From: a virus
Lineage: Duplodnaviria > Caudoviricetes
Direction: 5' to 3' (one strand)
IMG/VR virus record: IMGVR_UViG_3300020478_000010
Span: 1 to 55,641 of that record
DNA: 55,641 nt
This document shows, piece by piece, positions 1 to 8,106 of the stretch. The notes beneath the pieces are model-generated. The model was not told the origin of the DNA. It searched no databases and worked only from the letters and a program-made list of their open reading frames with translations. A program made the translations under genes and the position numbers. Numbering within the stretch: position 1 is the first letter of the stretch; every line of letters starts with the position of its first letter.

Positions 1-63
1 ATCACCGGTGCTGTAAAAAATATAGCAGGGGACTTATAGTTCACAATTTTTTGTAGAAACTTT

Positions 64-94
64 GTTTGGTTAGTGGGCGATTCTTTGGTATTAT
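64..94 (+). promoter_or_regulatory. Early promoter, class GTTTGGTTAG-N12-TGG-TATWWT (copy 1)
   Basis: GTTTGGTTAG 64-73 and TGG-TATTAT 86-94; same motif and spacing at 1140 and 2652. Confidence 0.7.
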
Positions 95-134
95 ATGTCT
101 AAATCAAAAAGCAACAAAAAACACGGAGAAAAAA

Positions 135-353
135 ATGATTAAATTATTTGACACATTATTTTACAGAATATACTCACCATTCGTGGGTATATTTGGTTTG
201 TACTTTGGAACTCATCATGGCTTGGCTTATGTCTTGCCACATTTTGTTGATGTTTCATTGGAAGTATGGTTACATATATTCGTTTCATTCACATTACTTA
301 TGGCAGGAGTTATGTTCACAATAATCACAATCACACAATGGAGGAAAAAATGA
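135..353 (+). CDS. Small early membrane protein (2 hydrophobic segments)
   Basis: ORF 66..353; ATG at 135 follows a GGAG SD; two hydrophobic stretches and basic C-terminus (WRKK). Confidence 0.6.
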   Translation: MIKLFDTLFYRIYSPFVGIFGLYFGTHHGLAYVLPHFVDVSLEVWLHIFVSFTLLMAGVMFTIITITQWRKK

Positions 354-736
354 GCCAGTTATCAAAAGAAAATTATGAGACAATGGTTAGCATTTTAGCT
401 GACCACAATGCCTCTGATGAATTAGCAGGAGCATTAGCCAGTTACTTTGAGCAGGACAATCCATTGTTCAAACGAGAGTTATTTTTAAAAAAGTTTTTCT
501 TAAAACGTGAAGTTTCACAACAATTAAGTCAGGCTCACAAGCATTTAAGTTCAATGCATTCACTAGCCGTCAAATGTTTTAAATGTAACAAACCTCTTGA
601 CGTAGTAAAAATTAATTATGTAATGCTTGATGACAAAGAGGCTTGTTATCCTTGTGCATTGAAAGATGCAAAAGAAAAACTCACTTTGGCTCACAACGAT
701 TACAGAACTGCTTATTTTAAAGGGAGAGGTGCATGA
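350..736 (+). CDS. Hypothetical early protein with CxxC...CxxC zinc finger
   Basis: ATG at 350 overlaps the upstream stop (ATGA), GGAGG SD; CFKC and CYPC pairs. Confidence 0.65.
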   Translation: MSQLSKENYETMVSILADHNASDELAGALASYFEQDNPLFKRELFLKKFFLKREVSQQLSQAHKHLSSMHSLAVKCFKCNKPLDVVKINYVMLDDKEACYPCALKDAKEKLTLAHNDYRTAYFKGRGA

Positions 737-1086
737 GAATCAAAAAAGATATTCACAAAGGTGTGCTTCACGATAATGGTTGTGAGCATTTGAAAAGTCA
801 ATATATGTTTTCTTGCAAAACTTTTGACCACAATGATGAAGCTGTTGGTTGGGACATATATTTGTTACCTGCCGTAACTGGAACTAATTCAAATAACTTT
901 CAACTCTGCTTACGTAATGGTGATGAAGGTCATGCTTATTCAAGTGTTAGCCTAGAAATAGTTATAAGAGATTATCTTAATAGACAACAAAAAGAAGATA
1001 ACAAACTTAACATTGCAGAAGATATTCTTTTTAACGACCAACGTAATAGAGATATAAGTTTAGAAGAACTTTCTGAACTTATTTAA
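733..1086 (+). CDS. Hypothetical early protein
   Basis: ATGA overlap with the upstream gene, GAGG SD, 117 aa. Confidence 0.6.
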   Translation: MRIKKDIHKGVLHDNGCEHLKSQYMFSCKTFDHNDEAVGWDIYLLPAVTGTNSNNFQLCLRNGDEGHAYSSVSLEIVIRDYLNRQQKEDNKLNIAEDILFNDQRNRDISLEELSELI

Positions 1087-1105
1087 AGAGTTTCTCCCCC
1101 AAACT

Positions 1106-1132
1106 GCCCCCACTTCGGTGGGGGTTTTTTTT
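1106..1132 (+). terminator. Rho-independent terminator
   Basis: GCCCCCAC-TTCG-GTGGGGGT stem with cUUCGg tetraloop followed by a T run. Confidence 0.9.
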
Positions 1133-1139
1133 GTGCTTT

Positions 1140-1170
1140 GTTTGGTTAGTAAGGGGGTTTGTGGTATATT
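1140..1170 (+). promoter_or_regulatory. Early promoter (copy 2)
   Basis: GTTTGGTTAG-N12-TGG-TATATT immediately after the terminator. Confidence 0.7.
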
Positions 1171-1178
1171 ATGAGCAT

Positions 1179-1277
1179 GGAAAGAGATTGGTTTTTTGTC
1201 TCCAAAATCTCCTTGGGGTTCGGCTAAAAAATTAAATGGTGTGTTGTTAGCATAATAACATACGTCAATCTCTTTTC
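1179..1277 (+). ncRNA. Candidate structured RNA / 5' leader (three-way junction)
   Basis: GGAAAGAGATTG (1179-1190) pairs with CAATCTCTTTTC (1266-1277) and encloses two hairpins. Confidence 0.45.
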
Positions 1278-1303
1278 AAATCTTAGAAAGGAGGACTAAA
1301 TTA

Positions 1304-1747
1304 TTGACAAGTATATCACTTGATATGTCTTTGCCAAAAGACTGGGTAGATACACCACTCACTCAATGGTTGGTACGTAATGATGTTCGTAGTGTGAACA
1401 AATTCATCACGTACTCTGGCATTGGTTGGGACACTGGCATGAAGATTGTTCGTGGTTTTAATCAAGGTTACGGCATTTCTACACCAACACGTAGAAAGCT
1501 AATTAATCTTGGATTACCACGTGCTGCGATTACGGCTCACGAGAAGGCAGTTGCCAAATTACCTCGTGCATCAATGCTTCAGAAAGTCGCCAAGACTGTC
1601 CCTAATAATCCGATTGGTTTATCTTTCACAGGCTCTGTGAGCAAAGATACAAAAGATGATGCACTCGCTAAAGAGGTTGCAGACATCAAAAAATTACTTC
1701 AGTCTATTGGTTCAAGGTTATTACACTTTGACCTTGAAAGGAAGTAG
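1304..1747 (+). CDS. Hypothetical protein, possible HTH DNA-binding regulator
   Basis: TTG start after AGGAGG SD; helical N-terminal region loosely XRE-like; short C-terminal coiled coil. Confidence 0.5.
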   Translation: MTSISLDMSLPKDWVDTPLTQWLVRNDVRSVNKFITYSGIGWDTGMKIVRGFNQGYGISTPTRRKLINLGLPRAAITAHEKAVAKLPRASMLQKVAKTVPNNPIGLSFTGSVSKDTKDDALAKEVADIKKLLQSIGSRLLHFDLERK

Positions 1748-1755
1748 ATAAGCAA

Positions 1756-1870
1756 TTATCAAACAACTCTTACGAGTCAGTCCGTGGTTAGCAAATTTAT
1801 AGACTGGGTCGATAAAGACAAGAGCAGGACGGTTTCAGCAACCCACAGCTGAATGGTCTTGCTCTTGTTT
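1756..1870 (+). ncRNA. Candidate structured RNA upstream of the tRNA
   Basis: Long hairpin GACAAGAGCAGGAC (1817-1830) / GTCTTGCTCTTGTT (1856-1869) with inner TTCAGC/GCTGAA; further stems upstream. Confidence 0.4.
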
Positions 1871-1877
1871 CCACTAT

Positions 1878-1953
1878 GTCCCGTTCGTCTAGTGGTCTAG
1901 GACATCACCCTTTCAAGGTGACAACGTAGGTTCGAATCCTGCACGGGATACCA
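1878..1953 (+). tRNA. tRNA-Glu (anticodon TTC)
   Basis: 76-nt cloverleaf: acceptor GTCCCGT/ACGGGAT, anticodon arm TCACC-CTTTCAA-GGTGA, T-loop TTCGAAT, encoded CCA. Confidence 0.95.
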
Positions 1954-1984
1954 ACATTACTTTAATTATATAGGAGAAAGGCAT

Positions 1985-2230
1985 ATGTCAAGTGTCGAAT
2001 GCCAAAAATGTGGTGCAGACTATCCGTCTGTACGTAGAGAAGTCGCAAAGTATTTCCCTAATCTTTGCATTAATTGTGCTACTGATATGGATTATCTTAT
2101 CGAGATTCCTTATTCTTCAGTACCAACTCATAAAGGTGCGTATTTCCCGGTGAGGACTAAAAAGGACGTCTACAACCTTACGTGCAATCCCAAAAATTAT
2201 GACCATGAGCATTCGGAGAATCTATCGTGA
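1985..2230 (+). CDS. C4 zinc-finger protein, DksA/TraR-finger-like
   Basis: CQKCGADYPSVRRE...LCINCA matches the CxxCGxxIxxxR...LCxxC pattern; GGAG SD. Confidence 0.55.
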   Translation: MSSVECQKCGADYPSVRREVAKYFPNLCINCATDMDYLIEIPYSSVPTHKGAYFPVRTKKDVYNLTCNPKNYDHEHSENLS

Positions 2231-2652
2231 TGTCGGCTATCGCTTGCTTGGCGACGGCAGTTTATTTTGAAGCCAGAGGTGAACCTATGGTTGGACAAGT
2301 AGCCGTTGCACAAGTTATTGTTAATCGTGTTTATGATGAACGATTTCCCGATACTGTGTGTGATGTAGTAAAGCAAGGCGAATATTACACATGGAATAAA
2401 TCAATACCAATAAAACATAGATGTCAATTTTCTTTTTGGTGTGATGGCAAACCTGAAGTTATGCGAGATGAAACTGCAAAACAATGGGCATACAATGTTG
2501 CTGAATCCACATTACAAGGAATATTTTATGACACAACGTCAGGTGCTACACATTATCATGCAGACTATGTTGTGCCTGATTGGTCAAAAAATTCTATGTT
2601 CACAAAAACTGTTCAAATCAACGCTCACATTTTTTACAGGTGGGAGCGTTAG
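2227..2652 (+). CDS. Cell wall hydrolase, SleB / Hydrolase_2 family
   Basis: CLATAVYFEARGE, VAQVIVNRV, CQFSFWCDGK, GATHYHADYV and HIFY motifs. Confidence 0.9.
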   Translation: MMSAIACLATAVYFEARGEPMVGQVAVAQVIVNRVYDERFPDTVCDVVKQGEYYTWNKSIPIKHRCQFSFWCDGKPEVMRDETAKQWAYNVAESTLQGIFYDTTSGATHYHADYVVPDWSKNSMFTKTVQINAHIFYRWER

Positions 2653-2682
2653 TTTGGTTAGCAATGTCTTATTTGGTATAAT
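2652..2682 (+). promoter_or_regulatory. Early promoter (copy 3)
   Basis: GTTTGGTTAG-N12-TGG-TATAAT. Confidence 0.7.
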
Positions 2683-2714
2683 ACTTCAAATCAAAAATTA
2701 ACAAGGAGATAAAA

Positions 2715-3155
2715 ATGCCTAGAAAATACAAAGATGGCGATATCGTCAAGGTGTACTACAGCACACGCAGTAGACACCTCGCTTTTATTGGCAGAGTCAC
2801 AGACTATGTCGATAAGAAATATCGTGTCCTTTATCTGTGTGAATCCAGTGGTAATGAACGTGGCACATACAGATTCTCAAGTGACATGATATTTTCATGT
2901 TGGGTTTATGAAATTTCTGAACTACCCAACGACCATGAGTATATGTACAATGTGCAGAAATCAATCAAACGTATGTATTCAAGTTTCTGCGAAGATATGC
3001 TCGTAAAAAGAAATTGGTATTCCACTCCTGAGAACAAAGTAACTAAAATGGTTTACCAAGCATTCAAAGTAAAACGACTATTAGACTGGGATTTCACAAG
3101 GGTATTTCCAGTTGTACGATTTAGCGAGAGAGGAGAATACTTCTATGATTATTAG
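2715..3155 (+). CDS. Hypothetical protein (SH3/Tudor-like N-terminus)
   Basis: AAGGAG SD; YKDGDIVKV...GRVT beta-barrel-like pattern. Confidence 0.6.
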   Translation: MPRKYKDGDIVKVYYSTRSRHLAFIGRVTDYVDKKYRVLYLCESSGNERGTYRFSSDMIFSCWVYEISELPNDHEYMYNVQKSIKRMYSSFCEDMLVKRNWYSTPENKVTKMVYQAFKVKRLLDWDFTRVFPVVRFSERGEYFYDY

Positions 3156-3705
3156 CCCTTACAAAGTAAATGATGTTATCAAACGTAGTGATATTTCTAC
3201 AGGTAACATCTTCACCTACCAAAATGGTAATGGCACTCGTTATGCCTCACTTGGCAGAAACAACGGCTTTTACTATGGTTTTAAACTTCAAAGTTTTGCA
3301 GAGTACACGCCAAGAACAGCTACGAGTTCTGACGACCCTGTAATCCACAAGCCTATTAAAGCAGTGGTTACACCTGTAACTTCACAGACTGTAGATAAGA
3401 TGTGTGTGATTGTCGGCTATTTTACTCTTGACCTTGCATTTGACAATATGCCAGAGATACGAGCCTACGACGGCACGTCCGTTCCATCATTTGGTAAACT
3501 TATATCTACACCAAATTCTGTAAACAAAGATGGTAAACCGCATTTGTTTATGAATCTCGGTCCGTCTGTACACACCGACAGAGGCATTGACTTGTATCCA
3601 TTATCTGAAGGTGGAAACGTCAAAGTGCTAGAGTTCGGTAATCTACTGGCTATCCGTGGCGACGTTACTTTTATTACTCATGAACAGAAGGAGAAAAAAG
3701 CATGA
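3145..3705 (+). CDS. Hypothetical protein
   Basis: ORF 3112..3705; ATG at 3145 follows GAGGAG SD. Confidence 0.65.
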   Translation: MIISPYKVNDVIKRSDISTGNIFTYQNGNGTRYASLGRNNGFYYGFKLQSFAEYTPRTATSSDDPVIHKPIKAVVTPVTSQTVDKMCVIVGYFTLDLAFDNMPEIRAYDGTSVPSFGKLISTPNSVNKDGKPHLFMNLGPSVHTDRGIDLYPLSEGGNVKVLEFGNLLAIRGDVTFITHEQKEKKA

Positions 3706-5783
3706 GAAAAACTAAACTCAAAAAAGTGATTGAGGAGGCTGAGGAGGTTAACTCCTCTATCCTTGCTTTCGCTAAATCACACAAAATACCGAATGAGTAT
3801 TTTGAGTATATCCCAGTTGAAGCACACCCTGTTGTTGTTTCAGCTTCTCGTAAACTAAAAATCTTAGCTCCACACTTTGAGAAACTTGTTTCAGATATTA
3901 TTGTTGGTATCAGTAGCTTGAGACACTCATCAGCCGTGTTGAGCAAAGAGCATGATAACCGAGACCTTTGTCATGCACATAACTACACACTAACTGGCAT
4001 TGCCATATGGTCTAAAGACAACCAAACAGTATGGTCTTATCCTAATCTGTGGGTAACTAAAAGACACGTTTACGCAAGTGCCTATCAGTATCAAAATGAC
4101 GGACTTGCTACAGAGATTGCTTTGTTTCCAAAAGTTACTGCTAGACTCCGTGATAAAATTAATCTTGATATATCAAATGGTAGGACAGAGTCATGGACTC
4201 CAGTTAGTCGTGGCATCAAACGACTAGGTGCAAAGCGTGAACAATCTTTGTCAGGCTATCTTGCCAAATGTCTGATGTTTAGTGGTAAGAGTATGCAAAG
4301 CATTCATGGTGGTTCTCAAATCGTTGATGCAATCTCTGCAAAAGTTCATGAGTTGTATGCACCCACTGAGTTTCACTTTGCTGATACTGTAGAAGATATA
4401 CGTTATATGTACAAAGTAGTTAGCAGAGAAACCCCTACTTCATGTATGGATAGCAAGCATTCATTTGGTCTCAGGTACGAAGATGGTTCAGAGGCTAGAC
4501 CAGTTGACTTCTATGCTCATTGTCCAATCACACGTGGCGCCTATCTTAAACGTGGCGATACTGTTCTTGCTCGTACAATCTGTTGGCTGGATACTTTGAC
4601 CGACAGATGGTTCTTTGGCAGGGTGTATGGCAACAGGAGTGCTTATCAGACTAGCTTGATAAACAAACTCAAAGCAGAGATAAATCCTGAAACAAACTAT
4701 GGTTACACACAGTTATCTGACGACAGAGATTGGTTTCCCGGTCGTGGCAACTATGACTATGCTCCGTATCCAAATCGAGCAGTTGATACGTTTACTGTGC
4801 CGTATGCTCGGACAGATGATGACTACGAAGTTGCACTCATACCATATCTTGACCAACTGCCGTTCAACTCAATCAAGGTTGACGAAGGTAAGGGCGAGTG
4901 GACATATCACATCAATCACTCTGACAACCACGAGAAAGGCAATCACCCTATTGATGTTCGTGCTACCTGTGGTTACTATTATCCTGAGGGTGGTAGCAGT
5001 GATGACTATATCTACTGTGCTGAATGTGATACTGAACATTGGCATGAAGATGCTCTAGAAATTTCAGGTGAATATTTCTGCGACTCACACTGTGCCGTTG
5101 ACTATGGTTTGTGTCTCTATGTGCAATCAGATAATTCTCGTTGGCGACGACGAAGTCAATTACATGAGATTATACCTGTAGCAGATTATATTCCTGCCTT
5201 TGGTCAAGATGCGTTGTTTAGCAACTATCAGGCTGCGATAAATAATATGAATACTGCTATTTATCGTCCATCTTTGTTTGCGGAAACAGAGCTTGATTTT
5301 TTTGTCTATATTCGCAGGATAAGCTTACCATTTCTTGGTAACGAGTTACTTGTAGACGAAGATTCAAGTATGGCAAAAGATTATCAGGGACTTGGCAATG
5401 TTCATTTGTATCATCACCCTAGAGATGTGTATCTTGCAGAAACTAAAAATGTTGACATGACTTTTACTAAATCAGTTGTGAGCCAAATGACTCCAGATTA
5501 TCTTACTAAGATACAATGTAGACACGCAAATACAACGAGTATCATTGATACTGTATCTTGTACTCGTAACATTGAAGATAATTTACATATCAAAGACTCT
5601 TATAAGCTAATATCACATACTAGATATCGCAGTGACAATATACTTGACTTTGACATGGATAGAGAAGACAAAGCAATCTTTGAAGCTTTCTCTCAAAAAC
5701 TAGGAGATTTACCAAAACTACTTACTGGTGAACTTCCAAAACTAGAATTAATTGTAACAACCAATAAAGGAGAAACCAAATGA
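3702..5783 (+). CDS. Large early protein with SCM-motif (PcfJ/GNAT-like) domain and Cys-rich zinc-ribbon
   Basis: TSCM...LARTICW...FFGRVYG...IPYLD motif series, then CAECD...FCDSHC; AGGAG SD. Confidence 0.55.
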   Translation: MRKTKLKKVIEEAEEVNSSILAFAKSHKIPNEYFEYIPVEAHPVVVSASRKLKILAPHFEKLVSDIIVGISSLRHSSAVLSKEHDNRDLCHAHNYTLTGIAIWSKDNQTVWSYPNLWVTKRHVYASAYQYQNDGLATEIALFPKVTARLRDKINLDISNGRTESWTPVSRGIKRLGAKREQSLSGYLAKCLMFSGKSMQSIHGGSQIVDAISAKVHELYAPTEFHFADTVEDIRYMYKVVSRETPTSCMDSKHSFGLRYEDGSEARPVDFYAHCPITRGAYLKRGDTVLARTICWLDTLTDRWFFGRVYGNRSAYQTSLINKLKAEINPETNYGYTQLSDDRDWFPGRGNYDYAPYPNRAVDTFTVPYARTDDDYEVALIPYLDQLPFNSIKVDEGKGEWTYHINHSDNHEKGNHPIDVRATCGYYYPEGGSSDDYIYCAECDTEHWHEDALEISGEYFCDSHCAVDYGLCLYVQSDNSRWRRRSQLHEIIPVADYIPAFGQDALFSNYQAAINNMNTAIYRPSLFAETELDFFVYIRRISLPFLGNELLVDEDSSMAKDYQGLGNVHLYHHPRDVYLAETKNVDMTFTKSVVSQMTPDYLTKIQCRHANTTSIIDTVSCTRNIEDNLHIKDSYKLISHTRYRSDNILDFDMDREDKAIFEAFSQKLGDLPKLLTGELPKLELIVTTNKGETK

Positions 5784-7201
5784 CTGGTTCTTATTTCTAT
5801 AATATAAAACCCAAAGTAGAACTTGACGAGACAACTCGTCTACAACGAGGCGACGATAAGATGAATACTCTTCTATTCGACTTACTAACCAATGCTTCAC
5901 CAAATGGCACAGAGAAAGTTATTGCTGACATCATTACATCTTATGTCAATAAAAATTTACCTGCCAAGGCATATGAGATTATACCTGACAAGGAAGGAGA
6001 AAATCTTATTATTCGTGTCGGCAAAGCTAACAATGTAATGTTCAGTTCGCACATGGACACAGTTCATACAAGTAACAGACATAATATTAATCTTCATGTT
6101 ACTGATGAGAATTATGTCTATGGCTCTATCGACGATATGAGCAAACTGTATTACAATGATGATGACGAACACGTTACTCAACATCAGATTGAACAAGAGG
6201 CTAAAAAGCATGGTGCGTCATACGACCACTACATTATGTGGAGTGGCAAACTCTATGGTTCAGATGATGACTTTGACGGGTGGTCTGACCTCAACATGGA
6301 ATATACACACAAGCATGAAGTTATCACCAAAAATTCTGTACTTGGTGCTGATGACAAACTAGGTTGCTACATCATGTGTCGCATGATTGAGAAACGAGTT
6401 CCCGGTCTGTATGTCTTTCATGTAGGCGAAGAGTGTGGTGGTATCGGTTCTACTTATCTTTCTACATCTCGTAAAGAACTATTTACTAATATTGATTACT
6501 GTATTGCTTTCGACAGAAAAGGCTACAATGATGTCATCTATCGTCAATCAGGTGGTCAATGTTGTTCAAACATCTTTGCTAAAACTTTGTGTGATGAAAT
6601 CAACAAGTATCTTCCTCCGAAAGAAAAAGCTGAACCATCACCAAACGGCTCATTTACTGACTCAGCAAACTATACTGACTTGATTGCCGAGTGTACTAAT
6701 ATGCCAGTTGGTTACTTTGACCAACACAGTTCAGGAGAACACTTTGACCTTGAATGGCTTGAACGATATGCGATACCTGCTTACACCAGTATCAAATGGT
6801 CTTCCCTGCCTGTCAAGAGAAATCCTGACGAGCCAAAAGTCAACAACTACACGAGCCGTTTTAGTAGTTACAACAGACATGGCTATCGTGGTTACAATTC
6901 AGGCTACGGAGACTACCAAAATTCTTTTTGGGACGAAGACGAGTTTGAGCAACGACACTCTAGGACAAAGTCAACAAACAGAAACAAGCATCAATCAACT
7001 CTTGACAAGATAAAACATCTTGTAGAAAACAAGGTTGATAAGTATGAACCTGATATTGGCTTTGAAAGTGAAGAAACTCATGGACAAAGAGTTCAACGTG
7101 TGCTATATTCGTTTATAGCTTCTGACTTAACTTTAGAAGAGATTGCTGAACTTGTTGTAGACACCTATGACAATGCACAGGCAAATCATTATGATTGGTA
7201 A
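5780..7201 (+). CDS. M28/M20-clan zinc metallopeptidase
   Basis: Co-catalytic metal ligand motifs SHMDTVH, GADDKLG, GEECGG, AFDRK and DQHS. Confidence 0.8.
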   Translation: MTGSYFYNIKPKVELDETTRLQRGDDKMNTLLFDLLTNASPNGTEKVIADIITSYVNKNLPAKAYEIIPDKEGENLIIRVGKANNVMFSSHMDTVHTSNRHNINLHVTDENYVYGSIDDMSKLYYNDDDEHVTQHQIEQEAKKHGASYDHYIMWSGKLYGSDDDFDGWSDLNMEYTHKHEVITKNSVLGADDKLGCYIMCRMIEKRVPGLYVFHVGEECGGIGSTYLSTSRKELFTNIDYCIAFDRKGYNDVIYRQSGGQCCSNIFAKTLCDEINKYLPPKEKAEPSPNGSFTDSANYTDLIAECTNMPVGYFDQHSSGEHFDLEWLERYAIPAYTSIKWSSLPVKRNPDEPKVNNYTSRFSSYNRHGYRGYNSGYGDYQNSFWDEDEFEQRHSRTKSTNRNKHQSTLDKIKHLVENKVDKYEPDIGFESEETHGQRVQRVLYSFIASDLTLEEIAELVVDTYDNAQANHYDW

Positions 7202-7233
7202 GTCATAAGCTGTTTATCTCTTGTTTGACCCTT

Positions 7234-7271
7234 ATCCCTCATCTGCTTTTGCAGGTGGGGGATTTTTTTTT
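7234..7271 (+). terminator. Rho-independent terminator
   Basis: ATCCCTCATCTGC-TTTT-GCAGGTGGGGGAT stem followed by a T run. Confidence 0.9.
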
Positions 7272-7272
7272 G

Positions 7273-7301
7273 TTGACAGATTAATTTTAATATGCTAAAA
7301 G
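7273..7301 (+). promoter_or_regulatory. Sigma70-type promoter for the replication module
   Basis: TTGACA-N17-TAAAAG with TG extended -10. Confidence 0.55.
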
Positions 7302-7329
7302 CAAGCTACTTGCCGAGGGGGTACACCAT

Positions 7330-8106
7330 ATGGATAAGCTAACTAAATTTATTTTAGCACATTCTCCTAATGAGGGAATGTCTTTTAGAACTAACTGCCC
7401 AATGTGTGGTGGTCGAAACACATTTACAATTTCCAAACTACAAAGTAGATTATTATGGAACTGTTACAAAGCCAGTTGTAAAATTCGTGGCACAAAAGAA
7501 ACAGACAGAACAAAGCATGATATCGTGCAGAAGTTGCAAAACTATCATCCTTCTTTCTATCATAATTTTCAAATCCCTGATTATTTCACATCAGTCACAA
7601 ATAATGACAGAGCCTTGCGTTATTTAAAAAATAATAATTGTATAGATGCTTACGAAAATCGCCTTGCTAATATCATGTACGACCCTAAACAAGATAGAGT
7701 TGTGTTTATTGTAAAAGACGGAGTTCACATTGTTGACGCAATAGGTAGAAGTTTAAATTATAAAGTTAAACCAAAATGGTATAGATATGGTAAATCAGAA
7801 AAGTTATTTATTTGTGGCGATTCACAAGATGCTATACTTGTAGAAGATGCGGCAAGTGCTTGTGCTGTGTCTAAAATATTTACAGGGGTAGCTTTGTTAG
7901 GCACAAACTTAAAACACGCAGACCTCACATTTCTTAAGAAATTTCACAAAGTTCACATCTGTCTTGACCCTGATGCTACAAGAAAGTCGCTTGACATACA
8001 AAAGTATTTGTGCTATCTTGTTCCTAGTAATGTAATAAGGATAAAAGATGATTTAAAATATTTTGGGTCACAGGAGATTAAAAAATTAGTATCGAACAAC
8101 AGCTGA
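7330..8106 (+). CDS. DNA primase (zinc-binding domain + TOPRIM)
   Basis: CPMCGG...CYKASC zinc domain; LVEDAASA and CLDPDA TOPRIM motifs. Confidence 0.85.
   Translation: MDKLTKFILAHSPNEGMSFRTNCPMCGGRNTFTISKLQSRLLWNCYKASCKIRGTKETDRTKHDIVQKLQNYHPSFYHNFQIPDYFTSVTNNDRALRYLKNNNCIDAYENRLANIMYDPKQDRVVFIVKDGVHIVDAIGRSLNYKVKPKWYRYGKSEKLFICGDSQDAILVEDAASACAVSKIFTGVALLGTNLKHADLTFLKKFHKVHICLDPDATRKSLDIQKYLCYLVPSNVIRIKDDLKYFGSQEIKKLVSNNS

Noticed and set aside
1179-1277. Hammerhead ribozyme or known riboswitch
   Set aside because: Three-way junction lacks the CUGANGA and GAAA core; no known aptamer consensus recognised
1878-1953. tRNA as attP / prophage boundary
   Set aside because: No integrase recognisable in the window, no duplicated tRNA 3' end and no host genes flanking
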